This document shows positions 1 through 12,042 of a stretch of 64,000 nucleotides of DNA, piece by piece. Positions within the stretch are counted from its first letter, which is position 1. Every line of letters starts with the position of its first letter. The position numbers were made by a program, and so were the translations under genes. Location: NCBI GenBank assembly GCA_030390025.1, contig CM059432.1, positions 26,476,001-26,540,000 of the forward strand. Reading direction: 5' to 3'. The notes below the pieces were generated by a model. The model ran no database searches. It saw only the letters and a program-made list of their open reading frames with translations, and was not told where the DNA came from. Origin of the DNA: Squalus acanthias. Its lineage: Eukaryota.

Positions 1-316
1 CCAAAGGACCGCTCCCTCCGCAACATCCTGGTCCACTCCTCTATCACCCCCAACACCCCTTCCCCTTCACCCGGCACCTTCCCATGCAAGCACAGGAGAT
101 GCAACACCTGCCCTTTTACTTCCTCCCTTCCTACTGTCCAGGGCCCCAAACACTCCTTCCAGGTGTAACAGCGATTTACTTGTACTTCTTGCAATTTAGT
201 ATACTGTATTCACTGCTCACGATGCGGTCTCCTCTACATTGGGGAGATCAAACGCAGATTGGGTGACCACTTTGCGGAATACCTCCGTTCAGTCCGTAAG
301 CGTGACCCCGAGCTTG
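1..316 (+). mobile_element. Penelope-like retroelement fragment (GIY-YIG endonuclease region), truncated by window start
   Basis: Translates to FTCTSCNLVYCIHCSRCGLLYIGEIKRRLGDHFAEYLRSVRK, the VY..C..C...YIGE..R....F.E signature of PLE GIY-YIG domains. Confidence 0.85.
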
Positions 317-1129
317 AGGGAAAGGGAGAGCTGAAAGAGCCGAGGGGAATGAGTCCCAAAATTCTGTTTGCCCCTCTTGGAACATCAGGTCCCCCACCCC
401 CTGCAGTTCTGCCTGACAGCCTCCTCTTTTGGGCCACTGCTTTTCCCATCATCAGCATCAATCAGTTCCTGTCTTAAAGCACTTAGTGCACTACTAGTTA
501 GTTTGTAAACTTATGCAATATTTAATTAACATAAATTTCTATAGACAAGCAAATATTACCTCATAAAATGTTCAAAAGTTTATGCAGCTTGCAAAAAAAA
601 TTACTTCAAACCCCAAAATAGGTTTTTTTTTAAGAAAAGAACTGTTTTGAATTGGAAGCCAAACTGAAAAAGCAAGGGAATTGCTGTGATTGATATTAGG
701 CAAGGAAGAATATTAAGATATTAATATGAGGAACCTAATAATTTAAATTTATCTTCTGGCTGGGTTTAAATTGCTTAGAAAACAAACTGAAATATAGTTT
801 CACTTTTTTACTGAGAAAAAGAAGTCCATTCTTGATAAACAAAACAGAAAAACCTATTAATCCATGCACACTGCGGTGCACAGATGTGATTGGTAACTCT
901 TTTCAACCTACCGGGAGAACAATATCTAATTGATGTCTAGGCTTTATAGACAGAATGAGGCCTTGAAATAAAAAATGTAATTATGTTACTGTAAAACATG
1001 CAGTTTTTGGAAATGCATGTAAGTTTCAAGGCTGCATGTCAGAAGCACCCAGCATTAAGTGATTAGCTTTCTCTCTTTTTTTTTAAAGGACTGTTTGTGT
1101 CTGTAACAGTGTGATATCTGGAGTATGAC

Positions 1130-1720
1130 ATTATTCCCTGTGACCCAGCAAATTAATTTCAAGATCCTTGTCCTCACCCTTAAATCCCTCCATAGGCTTC
1201 TTCCATACTACAGTACCTTGGAAATTTTCTCCAAATCTATGTCACAACTTGTAATCACTGTTCTGACACCTAATAAATGTGTGCTTCCCATTCCACTATT
1301 GTAAGTTGACCTTTCAGCAGTTACTTCTTTTCCCTCTGGAACCCTCTTTCAAAACCGCTTTTCCTTGCTATCTCTCTGCCGACCTTCAAAACCAGAGTCT
1401 ACCTCAGCTTTTGAGGAAAGTTTAGATAGATGATTGAAGGAAAGGGGGAATAAAGGGATATGGGAACAGGGCAGGTACGTGGGATTAGGACTACTGCGTG
1501 TGTGGAGGTTAAACACCAACTAATCGGGCCAAACATACTGTTTCCATCTTGTAATTTCTATGTAATTTTATGTAAAACCTATATACACATGTAATCTTCA
1601 ATCATACATTTGGTCCCCGCCTTTGAAATTCTTCACTTCCTTTGGTGGAAGCCTCTCCACCTTGTAAAGCATTCTGGGATGTTCACCACTCAAGGAATGC
1701 TACATGTAAGTGATTGCAGC
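1130..1720 (+). mobile_element. Old L2 3' fragment interrupted by a CR1 3' tail (~1405-1565)
   Basis: ttcaagatccttgtcctcacccttaaatccctccat and ctctggaaccctct resemble the L2 3' end at 31550-31960; gggaataaagggatatggg resembles the CR1 tail. Confidence 0.6.
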
Positions 1721-2111
1721 CTTTCAAAGGTTAACATATTCTACAATCAACTGGAAGAAGCTTTATGTGTTTTTAGAACATATCCTGCAGGGCAAACTGT
1801 AAATCCTCTTGGATTTCTGTTTAGGAGAATGCCAAACAAACTTAATCCTATAGAGTTTTTGATATGTCCTATTTGTTCTTATAGGATCTCCCAAAGCAAA
1901 TTGCAAAGCTGGTAGCCTGTTTTGTAGGATTACAAAGGGTGAAATTCAGTTGATGTACAAATCAGTTTTTTTTTTGGTTTTATATGCTGACCATGTTGTA
2001 CATTTCAGGGAATCTTAAAGGGGAACCGTTGTCTGATCAAGAACTGTGAGGCTCAGTGGAATTACATAAAAATATAAGAAATTTTAGGAGTGAAAAAATA
2101 CCATTTGAAGA

Positions 2112-2556
2112 AAGAAAATACTTGCCTTTCACGACCTCAGGATGCCCCAAAGCGCTTTGTAGCCAATTAAGCACTTTTGAAGTGTAGCCACTGATATAAT
2201 GTAGGAAACACAGCAGCCAATCTGCTCACAACAAGCTCCCACAAACAGCAATGAAATAAATTCACCAGATCATCTGCTTTAGGTGTTGGTTGAGGGATAA
2301 ATATTGGCCAGGACACAGGGAAAACTTCCCTGCTCTTCTTCGAATAGTGCTATGGGATCTTTTACGACAACCTCAGAGGGCAGATGAGGCCTCGGTTTGA
2401 CATCTCATCTGAAAGACAGCACCTCTGACAGTGCAGCACTTCCTCATTACTACACTGAAGTGTCAGCTGAGATTAATTGTTCAAATCTCTGGAGTGGGAC
2501 AGAGTCATAACCTTCTGACTCAGAGGCAGGAGTACTACCAACTGAGCCACAGCTGA
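2112..2556 (-). mobile_element. SacSINE1-like Deu-domain tRNA-SINE, near full length
   Basis: Reverse complement of the copy at 59023-59476; head gtcagctgtggctcagttggtag with A box, Deu-like core, L2-type tail. Confidence 0.85.
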
Positions 2557-2705
2557 CACAGCCCAAAAAATGCCGGTTTCTTTTTTGTTGATCTCAGCCC
2601 CTTTAACTCACTCTTCACCGTATTCACAAAGCTATTCCCTCTCCAGAAATACATCTCCATCTTGGAATTAAGCTTTTGGAATTTTAGCATCTGAATGCTT
2701 AATGG

Positions 2706-2862
2706 AGTGGAATTTCCGAGGGGTTTCCCCAAACGCCCACCATAACTTTGGTAGAACATCGGCAGAAAAGTAAATGGTTGTTGACACTGTTTTTCTCGGC
2801 TTCCTGTCAATCTTCTGCCTAACATATGGTGGAGGATTGGGAAAACTCCCTGCAGAAATGGC
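2706..2862. mobile_element. Small hairpin MITE
   Basis: Imperfect palindrome (ttccccaaacgcccaccata / tatggtggaggattgggaa); related to 25820-25975. Confidence 0.55.
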
Positions 2863-3119
2863 TGGAGAATGCATTTGTGTGAATTCCCTTTGAAATAAAT
2901 GTGTTCGTGCCTCCATTAAAATAGCAGACAAAGAAATTGCATGTGAACACAGTGAGCATTCATACGGTGGTACTGGAAGAGCATAATTTCAATGGCTCTC
3001 TCTTAAATCTGTTTATGCAGTTCACCTCAATGGCTATCTCTGGTAAGTTGTTCATCAAGACTATTAGCCTTTGTTTAAATAAGTCCTGCTTGACGTTCCT
3101 TCTTATTTTTAAATCAAGT

Positions 3120-3750
3120 GTAGATTGGCTCAGTGGTAACACTCTCACCTCGAAGGCAAATGGTCTTAGGTGGAAACCCCACTCCAGGACTTGAGCATAT
3201 AATGCAGGCTGATGTACTGAGGGACTGCTGCATTCCCTTGAATATAGCAAATTAAAGGTACTCTAATTTAAGTGTTTAAGATGATTAAAGGATTTTATAG
3301 GGTAGATGGAGAAAAACTATTTCCTCTGGTGGGGGAGTCCAGAACAAGGGGGCATAACCTTAAAATTAAAGCTAGGCCATTCAGGGTGATGTCAGAAAGC
3401 ACAAAGGCTAATGGGAATCTGGAAACTTCTCCCCCAAAAAGCTGCTGAGGCGAGGTCAATTGAAAATTTGAAAACTGAGATGATAGAATTTTGTTAGGCA
3501 AGGGTATTAAGGGTTACGGAACCAAAGCGAATACATGTTAAGATACAGATCAGCCACGATCTAATTGAATGACGGAACAGGCTCGAGGCGCTGAATGGCC
3601 TACTCCTGTTCCTATGTAGGTGCTGTCTTTTGGATGAAATATTAAACCGCGGCCCCGTCTGTCTGTTCAGGTGGACGTACAAGATCCCATGACACGTAAA
3701 AAAGCAAAGGAGTTCTCCCAATCTCCTGTCTAACATTTCTCCCTCAACTA
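3120..3750 (+). mobile_element. SacSINE1-like SINE split by a CR1 3' fragment (~3265-3615)
   Basis: tggctcagtggtaacactctcacc head at 3126; the SINE core resumes ggtgctgtcttttggatgaa at ~3619; the intervening DNA is a CR1 ORF2 end plus 3'UTR. Confidence 0.75.
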
Positions 3751-3849
3751 ACACTAACTCCAACACCACCAATAACAACTTCCATTTAACATAGAAAAAC
3801 ATCCCAAAGTGTTTCACAAAGACATAATCAGGCAAAAGAAGGAAATATT

Positions 3850-4593
3850 GGGCCAAAAATTGATGCCGCTACGCGAGAGTACACACTGCGTACTCTCGCG
3901 TATTCTCTCTACAATTGCCGGTTTTTTGCATGCACTGCGCATGCGCTGAAAACCGGCACTTGGTCTTTGGAAAAGGGGGCGGTTCCTCGGTGCACCGCGT
4001 GCGCGCTACAGGCTGCGCGCACGCTGTGCACTTTGTGCTTTGGACGCGCAGGTAAGGATGGAAGATTTTAGAAATGAAAAAAGGAGGAGTAAGACCCACT
4101 TTTAACAAGGTAAGTAGTGAATTAAGTATTATTTTGAATTTTTTTTAACAGGTATATCTTTTTTAGAGACTTTAAAGACAAGTAAGTTTATTTTTATAAC
4201 TTTTTAAAAGATTTTAAATTTTTTCAAAAATTTTATTTTTTATTTAAAATGGTTAATTTATTTAACTATACTTATTTTATTAATGTGATGGTTTTTAAAA
4301 AAAATTTAATTGAGGTTTAGCTGTTATTTTGGGTGTGTGTAAGATTCATAGCTTTCACAGCACGTATGTGAAACTTATGAATGGAAGATGGTGTGCTGCC
4401 ATTGGCTCTAACTGAGTCACGTGATCCCACAGCTCGCACGAATTCACTACGCCGGTGGGATACGCAAGCACTGCCCAGCTGATGTCTAGAATATCAAGTT
4501 CGTGCGAGCTGGATCTGAAAAAGCCAACGCGGAGTGAGAGATCGCGCCTGCTGCTTACCCCCGCGGGAACAGAGCGAGATCAATTTCTGGGCC
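3850..4593. mobile_element. 744-bp non-autonomous DNA transposon (MITE family A, Harbinger-like), copy 1
   Basis: TIR gggccaaaaattgat / atcaatttctgggcc, 3-bp TSD ATT, colinear with 5904-6647. Confidence 0.9.
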
Positions 4594-4819
4594 ATTAGGA
4601 GAGGTGGCCAAAAGTTTAGTCAAAGGGGTGGGTTTCACTGAGGCTTTTAAAGTAGGAGATGAAAGTGGAGAGGTGAAGGGGTTTAGGGTGGGAATTCCAG
4701 AGCCTGAGGTGTGTAACTGAAGGTATGACCACCAATGGAGAGATGTGCTAAATACCAGAGTTGGAGGAATGGAGAAATTGGGGAGAAGAGGGTATGTAGG
4801 GCTGGAGGAGGTTACAGAG

Positions 4820-6951
4820 TGTAGGGGGTGGCGTGTGTGTAGTCAGCTCACCTCTGACTGGGTTCCTGAGCAGTTCGAATCGCTCCCACACCCCTGGGTT
4901 CTAGACACCGGACTTAGGTACAGGCGGTGATACAGAATTGGAGTAGACGACTGGTTTGGTACAAGAAACTCGTATTTATTTTATGAACGATACAACACTG
5001 AAAAATTACTGGAATAGTTACAGGCTTACTAAAATGCACATAAATTGGAATGGGGAACACACGGCACATCGAGGGAGAAAAATCACAGTCTTAATCCCCT
5101 TACCCATATCTAACTAAGTGTGCTGTGAGGGGCCAGGGATCATGCTCACCAATAAGGGTCTCTGGACAGGTCGAATCCTGTTGATTAAGCCGGTTGTGGT
5201 TTTGGGATTCGCTCGATGTGTTGGATGGTGGCTGCCGTACCCCATACGTGGCAGAAAATTTCAGCGGCTCTCCAGGCTCAGTCTTTGCGAATCTGCTGAC
5301 GTGGTCGGTTTTGTCCTTGCTTTGGTCGACTGCAGTCTGCTTGGCCTTGCTGTTCCGTGTTCCATAGCTCTCTTGCTGTAATCTGCTGGTCTGCAAAACT
5401 GCCAGTTTGTGCTCTGCCTTGCAATCTCTGTAGAACTGTCTTGTCCCAGCCTCTCGTCTCTGTAGAACTGGCTTGTCCCAGCACAGGTCTATAGTTATAC
5501 TGTTGGATTGTTCCTTATCTGCCTGCCAAATCTTCCCAGTGTTTCGTTTAATTCTGGTGGGCTCGTTAAGGTCGTTAATTTTAATGGCAGGAGAATGGCC
5601 TTTAACGATATTAAATATTTGTTAAGTGGAGGATGATTGCTGGTCTGATGGTTGTTCATTTATGTTGAGTTTCGGGCCATCGAAGGGGTTTAGGGTGGGA
5701 ATTCCAGAGCCTGAGGTGTGTAACTGAAGGTATGAATAGACTGGGCTTTTGGGCTTGTTTTATTCATGTTTTTCTGATATGCCTGGAGTTTTGGTGAGGA
5801 CTCCATTCCTTTACTTCTTTGTATAAATGCTAAGCAGTTTGATGGGCTGGAGTGGGGTCATCCGGTTCCCCAGACAGGTCGACCACCCGTAATATACAAC
5901 ATTGGCCCAAAAATTCGTGTCTCTACGCAAGAGTACGCACTGTGTACTCTCGCGTATTCTGTCTCCAATTGCCGGTTTTCTGCATGCACTGCGCATGCGC
6001 TGAAAACCGGCACTTGGTGATTTCAAAAGGGGGCGGTTCCTAAGTGAACCGCGTGCGCACTACAGGCTGCGCGCACGCAGTGCACTTAGTGCTTTGAACG
6101 CACAGGTAAGCATGGAAGATTTTGCACATAAAGAAAGGAGGCGTAAGACCCTCTTTTAACAAGGTAAGTAGTTAATTAAGTATTATTTTAAATTTTTTTC
6201 AACAGGTATATCTTTTTTAGAGACTTTAAAGAAAGGTAAGTTTATTTTTATAACTTTTTAAAAGATTTTAAACTTTTTCAAAAATTTAATTTTTTGTTTA
6301 AAGTGGTTAATTTATTTAACTATACTTATTTTATTAATGTGATGGTTTTTTTTTTTAATTTAATTGAGGTTTAGCTGTTCTTTTGAGGGGGTATAGATTC
6401 ATAGCTTTGACAGCACTTGCTGTGAAAACTATGAATGAAAGATGGTGTGCTGCCATTGGCTCTAACTAAATCACGTGATCCCACAGCTCGCACGAATTAA
6501 CTGTGCCTGTGGGATACGGAAGCACTGCACAGCTGCTGTCTAGAAAATCAAGTTCGTGCGATCTCGGAATGAAAAGGCAGGCGCGCAGTGAGATATCACG
6601 GGGAAGCCTTACCCCCGCACGAAGGCTCCGTCTTTAATTTCTGGGCCATTGTCTCTGTAGAGGCCAGCCCTGCCTCCTTTGGCAGCCTGTACTGAGGTCT
6701 GCCCAGGCATGTTTTAAAATGTCCCAAGTCCCCTTTTCTAGGGTCTCTCTCTTTTCCTTCGAGTCTTTTGGGGGTCTGGGAATTTTGCAACTCTCTTACA
6801 GACCCAGGCATATCACCTGGCCTGCTGTTTTTGCAGGGCCCTGGTTTCTGTTCAATGTCGCAGGCTTCTGCCACGAGGTCTAGAAGCCACTTTGTCTAGG
6901 GTACCCCTTATTAATAACTCTGGGGAATGTGGGAATTTTGAGAACCCTGCA
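4820..6951 (-). mobile_element. Solo LTR (ERV1- or Gypsy-type), ~1.4 kb once the nested MITE is removed
   Basis: Termini tgtaggg...ccctgca (TG..CA with short inverted repeat), 4-bp TSD AGAG (4816-4819/6952-6955), minus-strand AATAAA at 4975-4980, internal 32-bp-period tandem repeat 5426-5482. Confidence 0.8.
5904..6647. mobile_element. 744-bp MITE family A, copy 2, nested in the solo LTR
   Basis: TIR ggcccaaaaatt / aatttctgggcc, TSD ATT, same length and orientation as copy 1. Confidence 0.9.
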
Positions 6952-7134
6952 AGAGACAAAGAAGGTCAAGGATATGAAGGGATTTAAACACGAATATGAG
7001 AATTTTAAATTGAAGATATTAGAGGACTGGGAATAGGTTAGCAAGGGCAGAAGTGATGGGTGACCGATACTTGATATGCAATAGAATACAAGCAGCAGAG
7101 TTTAGGATGAGCTGAAATACAAATATGTATCGAA

Positions 7135-7645
7135 TGTAATGCATAGAATATAAAAGTTGAGATGTAATGGTGAATCTATATAAAAACTTAGTAAGACCAT
7201 AATTGAAGTACTGTGTGCCATTTTATATGAAAAATGTTGCGACAATAGAGAGGGTGCAGCATAGATTCATTAGAATGCTGCCTGGTATTCATAGGAACTT
7301 AGGAATTGCTAGACGAGAAAAGACCAAGGTCCATCCAGGTCACCTTCTACCATCCTGATAGTCACATGATACAATGATGATGGAGTTGTTGACTAAACAT
7401 AGCAATCAATCTCTATCAATTAGTCTACAACAGACCCAGACACGGCGCAAGGAAAACCCCAGTGGTGGAGAGCTTTGGGAACCATAGATCTAAAGTCACC
7501 TTTTTTCCTCCCAAGCATGCTACACTTACCACAAGACATGTTTCAAATTACTCATATACTGTGTCCCAAAATGTTATTTTCTGAAAGAAATCTATCTAAT
7601 TTGCATTTGAATCAATCAATACTAACTGCTTCCACCATCCTGGAG
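7135..7645. mobile_element. Old CR1 fragments (+ ORF2 piece 7135-7290; - 3'UTR piece 7290-7645)
   Basis: gtaagaccataattgaagtactgtgtg (VRP.L.YCV motif); cataggaacttaggaa tail and aaatctatctaatttgcatttgaa. Confidence 0.55.
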
Positions 7646-8199
7646 TCTGTGTCATATTCAGTATTCTTTGGCTAGGGAGAGGAAGGTCAGCCAGAGAACT
7701 GCTCCTTATTCATAGCAGGTGAGCCCTGATAGAAATAAAATTTCATAATGAAATTATTATCTGTATTAGAAACTATGCTTGAGGTGGGCATCAAATGACT
7801 AGCTTTTACACTGTCCAGTGCCTATTTCGGATTGCACCATCTTGTCAACATATTTGTCCTGCCCATTAATGTCCACAAGCATATTTTGCAAAGATGCTCT
7901 TTCCTATTCATGCCTTGAAATAATTGTACTGACAAGAATTACATTATGAAATATTATCACTCAGCAATGTATGAAAGAGTCATCGGTTCAGTGCTATAAT
8001 TATTAATAATGGAGAGAGAAAGCGTTGCAGAATTGATTATTTATATTTAAAAAAGCCTCTTATCCAGCATGTAGTTGTCACACTCCAAACGCCATATTCC
8101 AGATGTCACACTTCATTGTGCCTCCGGGGACTTTGCTTTAAAAAGGCAGCTCAGCCCCTCAGTGTGCACAACTCTCCCTGTAACTATAATATGAAATGG

Positions 8200-8820
8200 G
8201 ATTTTAAGCACTTAGCAAAATAAGGTGATCAGGGCAAGTCAGCACAGATTTCTAAAAGGCAGTTCACGTTTGATCAACTCTATAGAATTCTTTGAAAAAG
8301 TAATGGAAATGATAGATAAAGGGAATATATAGTGGATGTGGTCTACATTGATTTTCAAAAAGCATTTGCTGAGGGACCACATAACCTATTTGTGGCAAAG
8401 ATAATGGCATGGAATTAATGGAATTAAGAGGAATGTGGCCACATGGACAGAGAGATGGTTGGAGGGCAGAAAACAAAGAGAAGTTTCTCAGACTGGAAAG
8501 ATGTGGTCATCCACAGGGATTTGTCATGGGCTGCTCTTATTTACTCTTTGCATAAATAATCAGGACTTAAGAATTGAGGGAAAAGTACAAAAATTTGTTA
8601 ACAACACCAAATTGGTATGGCAAATTGCAATGAAGATGTGAAAGACTGCCAGATGACAAAGATAGGCTAACAAGATGGATACATATGTGGCAGATGTAGA
8701 AAAATGTGAATTCAGACTTTTTGGAAGTAAGACAAGGGAATGTAAGTACAGCTAAAATGGTAATTTTTTAAAGTAGAGCAGAGGGACATTGGTATGCAGG
8801 TAAACAAAAAGTATAAAAAG
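8200..8820 (+). mobile_element. Highly decayed CR1 RT fragment
   Basis: SQHRFLKGSSRLINSIEFFE, DVVYIDFQKAF and KFVNNTKL remnants. Confidence 0.75.
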
Positions 8821-9109
8821 ACAAGCTACGGTGGGGGACCAGCTCCAAGTAAGTTCTCGGTCAAAGTAAAGTCTTTGTTGTTTTGTAGGCAAACGCAGCA
8901 GCTATTTGGCACACAAACAGGAATGAGATCAATGATCAGTTAATGACCCTGAATTTCTTTGGGATCAGTGATATACGGGGTGGAGGTTCAGTAGAAGGCA
9001 ATTGGCAGGACTGGGAAATGGGAAGGGACCCAGGAACACCTAGTGGTGACCCCAAAGATAGAAACTAGAGAATTCACACCAGGGACAAGGATGGGTGCCA
9101 TCTTTAAAA

Positions 9110-9308
9110 GCAGCAGCAGCGGCAAGAGGATAAAGAGCGGCCCGAGAGCGGACCTGAATTAAAGCAACGGCAGCGGCGAGAGGATAAAGAGCGGCCTGAG
9201 AGCGGACCTGAATTAAAGCAGCGGCAGCGGCGAGAGGATAAAGAGCGGCCTTGGAGCGGTGAGAGGATAAAGAGCGGCCCGGGAGTGGACCTGAATTAAA
9301 GCAGCGGT
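9110..9308 (+). repeat. 54-bp minisatellite in the CR1 5'UTR (~3.5 units)
   Basis: Unit gcagcggcagcggcgagaggataaagagcggcccgagagcggacctgaattaaa at 9110, 9164 and 9218 (partial, then restarts). Confidence 0.9.
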
Positions 9309-9467
9309 AGTGCGAGGCTCTGATTCAAAAACAACATCAAAGAGTGACGCCACAGGAGAGCAGGTAGGTGATTGGTTGGTATTACAGCTCTTTTTTGCTC
9401 TCTAAGTTAGGGAAGGGGGTTAAATTAAGAGCTGAGAAACTGTAGCTTGCTAGTACTTATTAAGAAA

Positions 9468-10868
9468 ATACGAACATAAGAAGTAGGAGCAGGAGTAGGC
9501 CATACGACCCTTCGGGCCTTCAATAGGATCATGGCTGATCCGAACCTAGACTCATGTCCACTTCCCTGCCCGCTCCCCATAACCCTTAATTCCCTTATCA
9601 GCTAGGAAACTGTCTATCTCCATTTTAAATTTATTTAATGTTGCAGCTTCCACAGCTCTCTGAGGTAGCAAATTCCATAGATTTACTACCCTCTGAGTGA
9701 AGAAGTTTCTCCTCATCTCAGTTTTGAAACAGCAGCCCCTTATTCTAAGATTATGCCCCCTAGTTCTAGTCTCACCCATCAGTGGAAACATCCTCCCCGC
9801 ATCCACCCCATCAAGCCCTCTCACAATCTTATATGTTTCGATAAGATTGCCTCTCATTCTTCTGTATTCCAATGAGTAGAGGCCCAACCTACTCAACCTT
9901 TCCTCATAAGTCAACCCCCCTCATCTCCGGAATCAACCGAGTGAACCTTCTCTGAACTGCCTCTAGAGCAAGTATATCTTTTCTTAAATATGGAAACCAA
10001 AACTGTACGCAGTACTCCAGGTGTGGCCTCACCAGTACCCTGTATAGCTGAAGCAAGACTTCCCTGCTTTTATACTCCATCCCCCTTGCAATAAAAGCCA
10101 AGATTCCATTGGCCTTCCTGATCACCTGCTGTACCTGCATACTAACCTTCTGAGTTTCATGCACTAGGACCCCCAGATCCCTTTGTACTGTAACACTTTG
10201 CAGTTTCTTTCCATTTAGATAATAACTTGCTCTTTGATTTTTTCTGCCAAAGTGCATAACCTCACACTTTCCAACATTATATTCCATCTGCCAAATTTCT
10301 GCCCACTCACTTAGCCTGTCTATGTCCTTTTACAGGTTTTTTATGTCCTCCTCACTCACTGCTCTCCCTCCCATCTTTGTATCGTCTGCAAACTTGGTCC
10401 AAATACACCACATCCACTGATTCCCCTTTATCCACCTTGTTTGTTACATCCTCAAAGAATTCGAGCAAATTTGTCAAGCATGATTTTCCCTTCATAAAAC
10501 CATGCTGACTCTGTCCGATTAAGTTATGCTTATCCAAATGTCCTGTTACTGCTTCCTTAATAATGGACTCCAACATTTTACCAACCACAGATGTTAGGCT
10601 AACTGGTCTATAGTTTCCAGCCTTTTGTCTACCTCCCTTTTTAAATAAGGGTGTTACATTAGCAGTTTTCCAATCTGCTGGGACCTTTCCTGAATCCAGG
10701 AGTTTTGGAAAATTACCACCAATGCATCCGCAATCCCTACCGCAACTTCTCTCAAGACCCTAGGATGTAAGCCATCAGGTCCAGGGGATTTATCCACCTT
10801 AAGTCCCATTATCTTACCGAGTACCATCTCCTTAGTGATTTTAATCGTGTTTAGCTCCTCCCCCCCCT
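9468..10868 (-). mobile_element. 5'-truncated CR1 nested antisense in the 5'UTR of the long CR1; internal RT deletion at ~10396
   Basis: ORFs 9552-9914, 9904-10287 and 10352-10588 are CR1 RT/C-terminus; DVVYLD is joined directly to the KFADDTK-coding segment. Confidence 0.92.
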
Positions 10869-10986
10869 ATATAAATTAATAACTTAAACTAAACAAAATA
10901 ATCAAAGAATAAACCTAAAATATTAATTGAATAAAATCTTTAACTAATTAATTAATTAATAATAATAAATAAAACAAGGTTAGAGA

Positions 10987-11882
10987 TGACAGGGCAGGTG
11001 GTGTCTCATTACTGCAGCATGTAGGAGTCTGTGGAGAGCATCGCGATCCCGAGCAACCACATCTGCAGTAAGTGTCTGCAACTCGAGGAACTTCAGCTCA
11101 GAGTTGTTGAGCTGGAGTACGAGCTGCAGACATTGCGATGCATCAGGGAGGGGGAGAGTTAACTGGACATTTTGTTCCAGGAGGCAGTCACACCCTTTAG
11201 GCTAAGTAGTACTTTGGAGTTTGTCAGTGGTCAGGGACAGGAGGGTGTGACTGCAAGTCAGGAAGGTATGGGAACCCAGGATGTAGTGATGGAGGAGCCT
11301 CAGCCCTGAACCTTGTCCAACAGGTTTGAGGTACTTTCTACCTGTATGGATGAGGAAACTGACCACGGCACTGTGGTACAGGGGGCCATCCAAGTGGGGG
11401 GAGAAGGAAGGAATGTGGTAGTAGTAGTGGATAGTATAGTAAGGGGGATAGATACTGTTCTCTGCAGCCGCGAAAGAGAGTCCCGAAGGCTGTGTTGCCT
11501 GCCCGGTGCCAGGGTTAAGGATATCTCCTCGCGGCTGGAGAAGAACTTGGAGGGGGAGGATTCAGTTTTCGTGGTCCATGTAGGAACCAACGACATAGGC
11601 AGAAGTAACAATGAGGTTCTGCTGAGGGAGGTTGAGGAGCTAGGGTCTAAATTAATAAGTAGAACAAAAAGGGTAATAATCTCTGGATTACTACCTGAGC
11701 CACGCGCAAATTGGCATAGGATCAAGCAGATCACACAGTTAAATGTGTGGCTCAAAGAGTGGTGTGGGAAAAAGGGGTTTCAATTCATGGCACCAGTACT
11801 GGGGAAAGAGGGAGCTGTTCCGTCGAGACGGGCTACACTTAAACTGGGCTGGGACCAGCGTCCTGGCGAATTGAACAACTAG
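10987..11882 (+). pseudogene. CR1 ORF1 remnant (Cys motif, coiled coil, SGNH esterase-like domain)
   Basis: HICSKCLQLEELQLRVVELE; VVVVDSIVRG (GDS block mutated), CCLPGARVKD, VHVGTNDI. Confidence 0.88.
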
Positions 11883-12042
11883 GACTGTAGATAGGGCTTT
11901 CAACTAAAAAAGGGGGGGGAGGGGTCAGGTGAGGGGAATTTTAGAAATCTGAAGAGAAAGGTCAGGGCAATAGAGCAGTGTAGCGATTTGGGTAAAAATA
12001 AGCAGAGTTTGACAGGAAGGGACAGAGAGTTTAACGGTAGCA

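Larger units (their letters stand above)
3770..7115 (-). mobile_element. Old L2 3' fragment in three pieces (3770-3849, 4594-4819, 6952-7115), host to nested insertions
   Basis: The pieces rejoin to ggaaatattaggagaggtggccaaaag... and ggaggaggttacagaga...gaagggatttaaacac, colinear with the L2 at 53731-54200. Confidence 0.75.

Noticed and set aside
5100..5484. ORFs within the LTR as a viral accessory or gag gene
   Set aside because: Short, overlapping on both strands and without retroviral motifs.
9110..9308. Repeat array as a CRISPR
   Set aside because: The units are contiguous with no unique spacers, there are no cas genes, and the context is a eukaryotic LINE 5'UTR.
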